64,000 nt of DNA from contig JAYVSV010000047.1 of assembly GCA_043775015.1 (NCBI GenBank), positions 335 to 64,334 of the forward strand, in the 5' to 3' direction. Of this stretch, positions 30,030-39,274 are shown in pieces. The DNA comes from Verrucomicrobiota bacterium (GTDB lineage: Bacteria; Verrucomicrobiota; Verrucomicrobiia; Limisphaerales; CANJXF01). How positions within the stretch are numbered: position 1 is the stretch's first letter; each line of letters opens with the position of its first letter. Both the position numbers and the translations under genes were made by a program. The notes below the pieces were generated by a model. It had not been told where the DNA came from. It saw only the letters and a list, made by a program, of their open reading frames with translations, and made no database searches.

Positions 30030-30116
30030 GTAGCCGCGTTTCGTGAGAGAGCGGGTGAAATTCGGCCCGCGACAAAATTCAATTGAACCACCCGCGCTCT
30101 CACGAGGCGCGGCTAC
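30030..30116. repeat. Long imperfect inverted repeat (28-bp stem, 31-nt loop)
   Basis: GTAGCCGCGTTTCGTGAGAGAGCGGGTG (30030..30057) pairs with CACCCGCGCTCTCACGAGGCGCGGCTAC (30089..30116): 25 Watson-Crick pairs, 2 G-U and 1 mismatch. It starts 5 nt after the fmdB-like stop. Confidence 0.7.
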
Positions 30117-30163
30117 ACTTCATTCCGCTTCCAAAATCCATCGCCGTGCTCCATGTTGGTTGC

Positions 30164-31663
30164 ATGTCTGCTTTAATCGCAATCGTGGGTCGTCCGAATG
30201 TTGGCAAATCGGCTTTGTTTAACCGAATTGTCGGCAAGCGCATTGCCATTGTTCACGATGAACCCGGCGTGACCCGCGACCGCATCAGCGTGGAAGCGGA
30301 ATGGCACGGACGCCCCTTCACGTTAGTTGATACGGGTGGCATCGGTTTGTTGCGCGGCGAAAAGGCGCGCGACGTCATCACTCAAGCAGCACTGGAACAA
30401 GTCGAACTCGCGATCGAAGCCGCCAACGTCATCATTCTCGTGGGCAATGTTCAAGAAGGCGTTGTGCCTCTCGACAAGGAAGTGGCCGAGCGTCTGCGCA
30501 AATCGCGCAAACCTGTTTTGGTCGCCGTCAACAAAGTCGATACGTTTCGCGCGGAAGCCGGTGCGGATGAATTCAGCCAGCTTGGGTTTGATAAAATTTT
30601 TCCGGTGACTGCGATCCACGGAGAAGGCATCGAAGCGTTGATGGACGCGGCCATGGTCTATTTGCCGGCCGCGCCGGAAGTGCCGGAAACCTTGGATGGC
30701 GAAAGTGCCGAGGACAAAAAGCCGGACCGTGGGCCATTGAAGTTGGCCATTGTTGGAAGGCCAAACGTGGGGAAATCTTCCATCATCAACGCGCTGACGA
30801 AATCGGATCGCGTCATCGTCAGCTCCATCGCCGGAACGACGCGCGACGCGGTCGATGTTCCTTTCGAAGTTGAAACCGAAGGAGTGCGCCAGAAATTTAT
30901 TTTGATCGACACGGCTGGTGTGCGTCACCAGCGGCACGTTAATGATTCCATTGAATTCTACAGTGTAAATCGAACCGAGGAATCGATTGGCCGCAGTGAC
31001 ATTGTCGTGTTCGTGGTGGATGCAGAAGCAGGCATTACAGCGCAGGACAAGAAGGTTGCAGGAAAAATTATTGAAGAGAAAAAAGCGTGCATCGTCGTGG
31101 TGAACAAATGGGATATCGTCGCGGAACGAGTGGCCAAAGCGCGCGTGGAAGAAATTGAACGGCGTGGAAAAAAGAGAGTGCGCGACGACATCACCAAGCG
31201 ATTGACGACGCTTTCCGAATTTGCCGAGTGGGTGCAAAAACAGCTTTTCTTCCTCGATTACGCGCCGGTTATTTTCACTTCGGCTACGTCCGGTTTTCAT
31301 CTGGAACGTTTGCTGGAATCCATTCGCTACGTTGCAGCGCAACTTGAACAAAAAGTTCCGACCGCCATTTTGAATCGCACGTTGAACGACGCGATCATTC
31401 GCAAACAGCCGATCAGCGCATCTGGAAATCGTTTGAAATTTTTCTACGCCACACAGGTCCGGCAGGCGCCACCGACGTTTTTACTTTTCGTGAATCGCGA
31501 CGATGTTTTTTCGGATCAATACGCAAAATATTTAGCGGGAGAAATGCGCAAAGCATTTGGTTACGAAGGCTGTCCGATTCAGCTCGTGCCGAAGCCACGT
31601 CCGAAGACCATCGAGCCGAAACGGAAATGGAGTTCCGCTCCACGAGGAGCGAGCAAAGATTAA
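30164..31663 (+). CDS. der: Ribosome-biogenesis GTPase Der (EngA), tandem GTPase domains + KH-like C-terminus
   Basis: ALIAIVGRPNVGKSALFN...DTGG and a second G-domain KLAIVGRPNVGKSSIINAL...DTAG...NKWD. The start is placed at MSALIAIVG; the track ORF extends into the upstream hairpin. Confidence 0.92.
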   Translation: MSALIAIVGRPNVGKSALFNRIVGKRIAIVHDEPGVTRDRISVEAEWHGRPFTLVDTGGIGLLRGEKARDVITQAALEQVELAIEAANVIILVGNVQEGVVPLDKEVAERLRKSRKPVLVAVNKVDTFRAEAGADEFSQLGFDKIFPVTAIHGEGIEALMDAAMVYLPAAPEVPETLDGESAEDKKPDRGPLKLAIVGRPNVGKSSIINALTKSDRVIVSSIAGTTRDAVDVPFEVETEGVRQKFILIDTAGVRHQRHVNDSIEFYSVNRTEESIGRSDIVVFVVDAEAGITAQDKKVAGKIIEEKKACIVVVNKWDIVAERVAKARVEEIERRGKKRVRDDITKRLTTLSEFAEWVQKQLFFLDYAPVIFTSATSGFHLERLLESIRYVAAQLEQKVPTAILNRTLNDAIIRKQPISASGNRLKFFYATQVRQAPPTFLLFVNRDDVFSDQYAKYLAGEMRKAFGYEGCPIQLVPKPRPKTIEPKRKWSSAPRGASKD

Positions 31664-31791
31664 GGCGGAAAGTTGTTCATGCCGCAATTTTTTCGCATTT
31701 AAATTTTTGACCCAAAAAACATCGAAACAAAGGGTTTTTTCAAAATTTTTCCATGGAAAAATTGCGAAAAAACTTTTTTTCAAAATTATTC

Positions 31792-31819
31792 TTGTAACCA
31801 CTATATGTAGTGCTAAATT
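31792..31819 (+). promoter_or_regulatory. Candidate nrdJ promoter (TTGTAA-16 nt-TAAATT) with an embedded NrdR-box-like palindrome CACTATATGTAGTG (31799..31812)
   Basis: The 14-mer differs at one position from the core of the published NrdR-box consensus (acaCwAtATaTwGtgt). It sits in the spacer of a sigma70-like -35/-10 pair about 150 nt upstream of the RNR start codon. Confidence 0.5.
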
Positions 31820-31968
31820 TTCGTCTGCTCCCACCTGATGGGGTATTTGGAATCGGGACAGACCGAGAACATTTGCCCGTTATGAGGGGAAATTTTGCCC
31901 GGACTGAGTCGGTCTCAGCGGGAATAAAAGTCTGCAAAAAAACCAATATTTAGTTAAAACAGAAACCT

Positions 31969-34900
31969 ATGATTGACGCACGCGATCCAGTCATCTCCTC
32001 GTCCAAAACATCCGCCCGCCGTGGCGCGAATATTTCGTCCCGCAGCGCCAGTTCGCGCAAAGGCAATGCCTCCAAACGAACGCTCAGGTTGGAGCGTATT
32101 TTCAGCGACGCCAAAGTTAAGCCGTTTGATCAGATCGAATGGGAGAAGCGCACGGCGGAGATTACCGATGACGCCGGCAAGGTGATTTTTAAACAGGAAA
32201 ATGTCGAGGTGCCGAAATCGTGGTCAGTGCTCGCGACGAAGGTGGTTGTTTCAAAATATTTTTACGGCGAACAAAACACGCCGGAACGGGAAACGTCGGT
32301 TAAACAACTCATCCATCGCGTTTGCCGGACGATTGCCGACTGGGGTATTGCCGACGGATATTTCAGCAAAGAAGATGGCGAAGTTTTCTATGATGAAATG
32401 ACTTGGTTGTGCGTGAATCAATGCGGCGCGTTCAATTCGCCGGTCTGGTTTAACATCGGCCTTTTCCATCAATACGGAGTCGGTAAAAATTCTGCGAAGG
32501 GCAACTGGTTTTTCAATCGCAAGACGAAACAAGCCGAGCGCGCGCCGACTCAGTACGAATATCCCCAGGGCAGTGCCTGTTTCATTCAATCGGTGCAGGA
32601 CAACATGGAAGACATCATGCGCCTGGCTTACAGCGAAGCGATGCTCTTCAAATACGGTTCTGGCACTGGAACGGATTTGTCGCCCATTCGTTCGAGCAAA
32701 GAAAAACTTTCTGGTGGCGGGCGTCCGAGCGGCCCGATGTCCTTCTTGAAAGTTTATGACCAGGTCGCGAACGTCGTGAAGTCCGGCGGCAAAACGCGGC
32801 GCGCGGCGAAGATGAATACCTTGCGCGACTGGCACGGCGACATCGAAGATTTTATTGATGCCAAACAACGCGAAGAAAAGAAGGCTTGGGCGTTGATCGA
32901 ACAGGGCTACGACGGTTCTTACAACGGCGATGCTTACGGCAGTGTGATGTATCAGAACGAAAATCTTTCCGTGCGCGCGAGCGATGAGTTCATGCAGGCT
33001 GCTCTCGGTGGAAAAGAATGGTGGACGCGCACCGTCACCAACCCCAAACCGCTTGAGAAAAAAGACGCGAGCAAGTTACTGGATAAAATCGCGGAAGGAA
33101 CGTGGATTTGCGGCGATCCCGGTATGCAATACGACGGGGCCATTCAGAAGTGGCACACCTGCAAGGGCACCGAGCCGATTCACTCGACGAATCCTTGCTC
33201 CGAATATGTTTTCTTAAACAACACGGCGTGCAATCTGGCGTCACTCAATTTGATGAAGTTCAAGCGCGCGGATGGCGTGTTTGACATCGAACGTTTCAAA
33301 GCGGCCGTGCGTGTATTCATCACGGCGCAGGAAATCGTCGTGGATCAAGCAAGTTATCCGACGAAAGAGATCGCCGAAAATTCTCACATTTTCCGCACGC
33401 TTGGACTCGGATTCGCGAACCTCGGTTCGTTGATCATGAGCTACGGTTTTCCGTATGATTCCAACGAAGGCCGCGCGCTGGCTGGTGCGATCACTGCCGT
33501 GATGACCGGCCATTCTTACGAACAGTCTTCTGAAATCGCCAGCGTCACAGGCACCTTCGATGGTTACGAAGACACGCGTTGTTCCGGCGTGGCCAAGCCG
33601 GTCAGCAAGAGCAATGTGGAATCAATGCTCGGCGTCATCAAACTGCATCGTGATGCGGTGGAGCAGATTCAGCCCAGCAAGGAATTTACTTATCTCAAAG
33701 ACGAAGCACGTCATTGTTGGGATCGCGCCTTGGCTCGTGGAAAAGAATCCGGCTATCGCAATGCCCAGGTCACCGTGCTCGCGCCGACCGGAACGATTGC
33801 GTTCCTAATGGACTGCGACACGACCGGCGTCGAACCTGACATCGCGCTCGTAAAATATAAACTTCTCGCGGGCGGTGGCATGTTGAAAATGGTAAATCGC
33901 GGCGTCGGCGATGCCTTGCGTCGCCTTGGCTACAGCGAAAACCAGATTGCCGGAATTCTCGCGCACATTGAAAAGCACGACACGATTGAAGACGTGCAGG
34001 AAAACGGCGCAACGATCGCGAGCGGTTTGAAAACCGAACATCTCGCCGTCTTCGATTGCGCGTTCAAAGCCGCGAAAGGCAAACGCAGCATCGGCTACAT
34101 GGCCCATTTGAAAATGATGGGCGCGACGCAGCCGTTCATCAGCGGCGCAATTTCCAAGACGGTCAATTTGCCGAACGAAGCGACGGTTGCCGAAATTCGA
34201 AATGCCTACGTCGAAGCGTGGAAAATGGGATTGAAATGCGTGGCGATTTATCGCGACGGATCGAAGCGCTCGCAGCCGCTCAACACCAAGCGGACCAACG
34301 AGGGCGGGGCGAACACGAATCCAGAAAGTTCCCGGGTCAACGAACTCGAAAACGAAATTACGAAGTTACGCGAAGTGGCCGGGCAACCGTTGCGCCGCCG
34401 TCTGCCGGACACGCGCAGCGCCATTACACACAAATTTGATATTGCGGGGCACGAGGGCTATTTGACCGTCGGTTTGTTCGAAGATGGACAGCCCGGCGAA
34501 TTGTTTATCACGATGGCGAAGGAAGGTTCCACCATTGGCGGATTGATGGACAGCATCGGGACTTTGACCAGCATGGCGTTTCAATATGGCGTGCCGCTGG
34601 AAGCCCTCCTGCGAAAATTTGCGCACCAACGTTTCGAGCCGTCCGGCTTCACCAAGAATCCGGAAATTCGCAACGCGGCGTCGATCATCGATTACGTCTT
34701 CCGCTGGCTGGCGCTGAATTTTATTCCGGGCTACCGCGAGGCGACCACGATCAGCTCCGCCCAACCGGAATTGGTCATGCCCGGTTTGGAAGAGGAATTA
34801 AAAAAGAAAATCAATCGTCCCGTGCCGGATCTGCCGCTTTCGGAAGACACGGATATTATTTCCCTAAGGCCGCTTAAAGCGTTGAGCAACGGCCATGCGA

Positions 34901-35028
34901 AATCCACCTCCACGGGATTTGTAAATCAACTCGATGCTCCGACTTGCCCGAACTGCGGCCACGTCGCGGTGCGCAACGGAGCCTGTTACAAATGTTTGAA
35001 TTGCGGGGAGAGCCTCGGCTGTTCGTAA
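31969..35028 (+). CDS. nrdJ: Class II (adenosylcobalamin-dependent) ribonucleotide reductase NrdJ
   Basis: VEVPKSWSVLATKVVVSKYFYG, active-site NPCSEYVFLNNTACNLASLNL, GLGFANLG, and a C-terminal Cys-rich tail CPNCGHVAVRNGACYKCLNCGESLGCS. Confidence 0.92.
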   Translation: MIDARDPVISSSKTSARRGANISSRSASSRKGNASKRTLRLERIFSDAKVKPFDQIEWEKRTAEITDDAGKVIFKQENVEVPKSWSVLATKVVVSKYFYGEQNTPERETSVKQLIHRVCRTIADWGIADGYFSKEDGEVFYDEMTWLCVNQCGAFNSPVWFNIGLFHQYGVGKNSAKGNWFFNRKTKQAERAPTQYEYPQGSACFIQSVQDNMEDIMRLAYSEAMLFKYGSGTGTDLSPIRSSKEKLSGGGRPSGPMSFLKVYDQVANVVKSGGKTRRAAKMNTLRDWHGDIEDFIDAKQREEKKAWALIEQGYDGSYNGDAYGSVMYQNENLSVRASDEFMQAALGGKEWWTRTVTNPKPLEKKDASKLLDKIAEGTWICGDPGMQYDGAIQKWHTCKGTEPIHSTNPCSEYVFLNNTACNLASLNLMKFKRADGVFDIERFKAAVRVFITAQEIVVDQASYPTKEIAENSHIFRTLGLGFANLGSLIMSYGFPYDSNEGRALAGAITAVMTGHSYEQSSEIASVTGTFDGYEDTRCSGVAKPVSKSNVESMLGVIKLHRDAVEQIQPSKEFTYLKDEARHCWDRALARGKESGYRNAQVTVLAPTGTIAFLMDCDTTGVEPDIALVKYKLLAGGGMLKMVNRGVGDALRRLGYSENQIAGILAHIEKHDTIEDVQENGATIASGLKTEHLAVFDCAFKAAKGKRSIGYMAHLKMMGATQPFISGAISKTVNLPNEATVAEIRNAYVEAWKMGLKCVAIYRDGSKRSQPLNTKRTNEGGANTNPESSRVNELENEITKLREVAGQPLRRRLPDTRSAITHKFDIAGHEGYLTVGLFEDGQPGELFITMAKEGSTIGGLMDSIGTLTSMAFQYGVPLEALLRKFAHQRFEPSGFTKNPEIRNAASIIDYVFRWLALNFIPGYREATTISSAQPELVMPGLEEELKKKINRPVPDLPLSEDTDIISLRPLKALSNGHAKSTSTGFVNQLDAPTCPNCGHVAVRNGACYKCLNCGESLGCS

Positions 35029-35170
35029 GATCGGATCAAGCCAACGTGGATTTCACCGTAGCGAAAATGAAGGTCTTTCAGGAGCGATGGTTGAAAAAAG
35101 AAAAAGAAGCCGAGGCGCAACCTCGCCGTGGCTACCACCACCTAATCCGTAATTCTTAGTTTCCAACCGC

Positions 35171-35206
35171 AAGCTGCGCGTGAAAAATTCATGCGCAGCT
35201 TTTTAA
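35171..35206 (+). terminator. Rho-independent terminator downstream of nrdJ
   Basis: AAGCTGCGC-(13-nt loop)-GCGCAGCTT is a perfect 9-bp stem followed by TTTAATT. Confidence 0.6.
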
Positions 35207-35222
35207 TTCTTGCTGGGCGTAG

Positions 35223-35420
35223 TTAATTCCACAGGAAAAGTAAGGTACGTTTTTTGATTTGATCGACGATCAACGAATCAAAATTTATCATGTAGAAAAG
35301 GCAAATTCCGGCAGAAGCTACCGAGATCACAATTAAGAGTCTGGCGATGTAGCACAGTTTAAATCTTCGGGTTGGCCCGATGCTTGAAAACAGAGCTTGT
35401 GATTTCAATTGGCGTTTCAT
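35223..35420 (-). CDS. Possible 65-aa single-pass membrane peptide (very uncertain)
   Basis: MKRQLKSQALFSSIGPTRRFKLCYIARLLIVISVASAGICLFYMI... lies in a visibly AT-rich stretch. There is no homology and no clear RBS. Confidence 0.2.
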   Translation of the reverse strand: MKRQLKSQALFSSIGPTRRFKLCYIARLLIVISVASAGICLFYMINFDSLIVDQIKKRTLLFLWN

Positions 35421-35719
35421 AAAACAAACGCGTTCTTTCACATAGCCAAGGGCAAGCAATGCTTTTGGTATTGAGTCTTTGCAGTGCGAGGACTCGGATT
35501 CCTTTGACCGAAAAAACCGCGACCAATCCCTTTTTCCTTTCAGGAAGTCCACCTCGACGTGCGTTCAATCGCGCGTCCTGGTGTGCTTTCCTGAGGGAGG
35601 GTTCGCTTGGTCGCGGTCCCTGGTCGAAGGAGGTGCGCTGGGCGCGCCTTCTTCTTCCGCAACCTTCCAAGAAATCCGCGTCCGGGCACAACGCTCGGAA
35701 GAAACCAAAAATAAAACCT

Positions 35720-37399
35720 ATGAAAAGCGGGAAAAAAATTATGTGGACGTGGATCTACATCTTACTACTGACTGCGGGGTCATTTAATCAATCGGCACTC
35801 GCCCAACGCTTCACTGCGTACGACCAAGTCCAGAAGGCTGAACCGAAATTAGTTCTGGCAGAAAAGGTGCCGCAATCCGGAACATTTTGGCTCGCTGGCG
35901 GTCCAGACGGTAAATTGCTGCCACCGTTCCCGTGTCCGCCACAAGATTTGGATGTGCCGATTTACGATTTGGGATTTGGACAATATCTGGTAGATGATTC
36001 CAGCGTTGATTACGAGAGTCGGAAACAAGGTCCGTCGCTGGCATCTTCTGAATCATTTGGCCCGCCCAGTCCGAGCGAGGGCGGCGGCGAATCGGAACCA
36101 ACGTCGTTCAATCCACCTTATCAATATACCAATGGATTTTGGCTTGAGATTTATCCTGTTGATGATGCGAACGGCAGGCGCGTTTCGTTAAACAACATTC
36201 GCACCAACCTGATTTACAATATTGAGCAATCCACGAACCTCGTTGACTGGTCGATTTACAAGACCTTTGTAGCCGAGGACACGAATTTCGCTTTTATAAT
36301 CTTCGATGATCAAAAAATGCGGTTTTTTCGCGGCGTCGAACTGGACGACCGAATTCAATTTCCAGACTGGGATGATAGCATCGAACAGTTTTTATATTTC
36401 GACGTTTGGACTTCCATCGTGGGAACCTATCATTTGGAACTGTGGGGCGACGGCGACCTGATAGCGCAACTCGACGACGACGTTCCACCAGATGGATTTT
36501 TTGGAATTATTGATGGCAGCTACGATCCCAATGATTGGCCGTTCGCCGGATTTTACGCGATAGATGAGTGGGAGTTGCGCGTCACGGTCACGTCATCCGC
36601 TCAAGCATCAGGGGGAACGGGTCCTGCAGATGCCAGAGTGAAAAAGAAGTTTCGAAAACCCTATCAGAGCAGGAGAGGGATTACCGTCCAGCAATATGGA
36701 GCTTTAGAACCTATTTCCTTTTTAGTGCAACAAGAGGTTGACGATTACATGTACATCTATTTTCTCGCGAACTGGCAGGCGACTCGACAGTTTTCTTTGG
36801 GTATGACCGAGCTAAATGAATACACGACCGCTGCGCAGGTTCCGCGTTTGATGGGTGCGGGGGACTGGCTGCCGTTTAAAACCAACGTGCTCGGTAGCAT
36901 GCTCTCCGATCTGCATTATTTCGGACATGGAGCAAATACCTATCTCGGGACCGGCGGAGATTTTTTACAGCAACTTTCCCCGCTCGGCGTATCGCTGATC
37001 AGGCCGATGCGTTACGTCGCGCTGGATGGATGCCGGACATCAAAAAACACTGACCTGCTGAAAGCGTTCGTTGGCTACGGCAAAAAAGTGTCGAGAAACA
37101 AGATGATCAGCAAAGGTTGGATTCAGCGCTTTGGCTGGGGCTGGAAGGACGAAAAAAGAGTGGGCTACCTGCTACAGGGATCACTCGTTGATGACCATTT
37201 TTATTTTATAACGGATTATCTATCGAGCCTGATCGTGCGGAGCCAAACGACTGGCTTGTTTATAAACACCTATGAGCAAGCAATAAATTTTGGTCAGCAT
37301 CCCAACGGTGGGGGATTTGGCGGCGTGAACAAAATACGTAATTATGAAGGCGATTCCATCAACTATGTCGGTTGCTACGATTGTTTTTTCGACGAATGA
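35720..37399 (+). CDS. Secreted hypothetical protein (559 aa) with CHAT/caspase-like His-Cys dyad in the C-terminal half
   Basis: Start at MKSGKKIMWTWIYILLLTAGSFNQSALA (signal peptide). DLHYFGHGANTYLGTGGDFLQQLSPLGVSLIRPMRYVALDGCRTS resembles the H-G ... (hydrophobic strand)-x-C pattern of clan CD peptidases/CHAT domains (His403, Cys438). Confidence 0.7.
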   Translation: MKSGKKIMWTWIYILLLTAGSFNQSALAQRFTAYDQVQKAEPKLVLAEKVPQSGTFWLAGGPDGKLLPPFPCPPQDLDVPIYDLGFGQYLVDDSSVDYESRKQGPSLASSESFGPPSPSEGGGESEPTSFNPPYQYTNGFWLEIYPVDDANGRRVSLNNIRTNLIYNIEQSTNLVDWSIYKTFVAEDTNFAFIIFDDQKMRFFRGVELDDRIQFPDWDDSIEQFLYFDVWTSIVGTYHLELWGDGDLIAQLDDDVPPDGFFGIIDGSYDPNDWPFAGFYAIDEWELRVTVTSSAQASGGTGPADARVKKKFRKPYQSRRGITVQQYGALEPISFLVQQEVDDYMYIYFLANWQATRQFSLGMTELNEYTTAAQVPRLMGAGDWLPFKTNVLGSMLSDLHYFGHGANTYLGTGGDFLQQLSPLGVSLIRPMRYVALDGCRTSKNTDLLKAFVGYGKKVSRNKMISKGWIQRFGWGWKDEKRVGYLLQGSLVDDHFYFITDYLSSLIVRSQTTGLFINTYEQAINFGQHPNGGGFGGVNKIRNYEGDSINYVGCYDCFFDE

Positions 37400-38091
37400 A
37401 AAGGCGACATTTTGTTTGGATGTGCGTCCTTCTGCTCATCGGAGCAGGAGGAGTCTTGTTTTTTTGGCGACACAAAAGCGTTTCCGTAAAACCGATGGAG
37501 TCAGGAATCGTGCGGCGCAATTTTTTGATTTCGGAAAGCCGGACGCTTACGAAAAGGAACGAAATCTCTTTTCCACTCGATGAGCGGCCAGAAGTGCAGG
37601 TTTTGTATGCCTTCGCACAAAAAGCCAATCTTTACAACTTTGACCCTCAGGTTGTTCATCATTGGACCAACCAGCGGCCATCAATGATCGTATTGGAAAC
37701 TCCGACTCACTTTGTTGGTGAAATGGGCGGTAAGATTCACAAGATCAATTCTTTTTATGATGGCTCCGACGAAAGAGCGCGGCCCGAGGTAAAGAACCAA
37801 TGGTATCAATGCGCCGGGAAATGGACGGAGGAAGAAGCCGTCGGGGAAACGTTTGATATATTGAGACGGACGGGCGAAACCGCGCTGCTGGCCGAACTCC
37901 TCGAAGCCAATAAATACCGTTACGATAATGAGAAGATGAGAGTCAAGACTCCCTCTGGCGACACGGTGACAGTAACGCCCTTTCTAAGAGTCAGTCTTTA
38001 CGACAAACGAGGCGTTATGCGTGTTCAAGCGGAATACCGAATGGGTACCAATGGGCCGGTGGGATTAACCATGTGGTTTTGTTTGCCCTAA
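37396..38091 (+). CDS. Membrane-anchored hypothetical protein (231 aa), translationally coupled to the upstream gene
   Basis: MKRRHFVWMCVLLLIGAGGVLFFW is an N-terminal anchor. The ATGA start/stop overlap is at 37396..37399. No recognisable domain. Confidence 0.6.
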   Translation: MKRRHFVWMCVLLLIGAGGVLFFWRHKSVSVKPMESGIVRRNFLISESRTLTKRNEISFPLDERPEVQVLYAFAQKANLYNFDPQVVHHWTNQRPSMIVLETPTHFVGEMGGKIHKINSFYDGSDERARPEVKNQWYQCAGKWTEEEAVGETFDILRRTGETALLAELLEANKYRYDNEKMRVKTPSGDTVTVTPFLRVSLYDKRGVMRVQAEYRMGTNGPVGLTMWFCLP

Positions 38092-38244
38092 TTATTGGTG
38101 GCCGGAACAAACTCCAAAGTCATCATAACCCGTTGGATCGCCAAACCGCTCTGCCAACAGGATGTCGCAGCACGTTCTTCTGTGCGGACATCAATCGAGA
38201 TTGCGACGATTTCAGCATGCAGTTACCTTTTCACTGTGATTGAT

Positions 38245-39252
38245 ATGACTGAAATCCAACCACGCAGTGACGCTGATTTTGTGACGCGAAAACCGCTTCC
38301 GCCCGATCGGCTGGATGCGCTTTCCCGCGACATTCTCGCTCTCAAGAAAAAGCTGAACGCGATCATTCTCGCGCATAACTATCAGGTTCCGGAAATCCAG
38401 GATGTCGCGGATTTTGTCGGCGATTCCCTCGGGCTTTCGCAACAGGCGGCCAAAACGAACGCGGATGTCATTGTATTTTGCGGTGTTCATTTCATGGCGG
38501 AAACGGCGAAAATTTTGAACCCGAACAAGATTGTTATTTTACCAGACAAAGATGCGGGTTGTTCGCTGGAGGAAAGCTGTCCCGCGCCAAAATTGAAGGC
38601 GTTGCAGGATACGAATCCAAATTTCTACACGGTCACTTACATCAATTGCAGCGCGGAGGTGAAGGCATTGAGCGATGTGATCTGCACGAGTGGTAACGCG
38701 GTGAAAATCGTGAAGGCCGCCCCCAAAGATCGCGATTTGCTTTTCGTGCCCGACGAAAACCTTGGCGCATGGGTGATGGAGCAAACGGGTCGGCCGATGA
38801 CGCTTTGGCGAGGGAACTGTTATGCGCATGTGGAATTTACCCATGCCGGAATTGTGCGCATTCGCCAGGAGTTTCCGGAAGCGCCACTCGTTGCCCATCC
38901 AGAATGCGTGAAAGCGGTTCGCATGTTGGCCGACGAAGTTTGCTCCACCGAAAAGATGGTTGATTTCTGCAAGCGCAGTCCGGCCAAAGCGATCATCATC
39001 GCCACGGAGGCGGGAATGATTCATCGCCTGCGCAAAGAATGTCCGGACAAAAAATTCATCCCGGCACCGGTCGCTAATTGCCGATGCAACGAGTGCAAAT
39101 TCATGAAGATGAACACGCTCGAAAAACTTTACGATTGCATGGTGAACCTGGAACCGAGGATCGAGTTGAGCGCTGAAATCATCCGGCGCGCGCGCCAGCC
39201 GATTGAGCGTATGCTGGAAATTTCGGCCATGCCCCTGGAAAACGCAGGCTGA
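38245..39252 (+). CDS. nadA: Quinolinate synthase NadA
   Basis: ILAHNYQVPEIQDVADFVGDSLGLS...VFCGVHFMAETAKIL...AGCSL...YINCSAEVKA...VAHPEC are NadA family blocks. Start at MTEIQPRS. Confidence 0.9.
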   Translation: MTEIQPRSDADFVTRKPLPPDRLDALSRDILALKKKLNAIILAHNYQVPEIQDVADFVGDSLGLSQQAAKTNADVIVFCGVHFMAETAKILNPNKIVILPDKDAGCSLEESCPAPKLKALQDTNPNFYTVTYINCSAEVKALSDVICTSGNAVKIVKAAPKDRDLLFVPDENLGAWVMEQTGRPMTLWRGNCYAHVEFTHAGIVRIRQEFPEAPLVAHPECVKAVRMLADEVCSTEKMVDFCKRSPAKAIIIATEAGMIHRLRKECPDKKFIPAPVANCRCNECKFMKMNTLEKLYDCMVNLEPRIELSAEIIRRARQPIERMLEISAMPLENAG

Positions 39253-39274
39253 CCAGCAGATCAGCCCAACCTTT

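Noticed and set aside
30323-31351. 342-aa minus-strand ORF
   Set aside because: It is antisense to der, whose two GTPase domains are unambiguous. The ORF has no recognisable features.
31820-31968. Possible cobalamin riboswitch in the nrdJ leader, since the enzyme is B12-dependent
   Set aside because: I cannot find a B12-box-like element (AGYCMGGAGACCKGCC-type) or the other conserved cobalamin-riboswitch blocks. Only generic complementarity is present.
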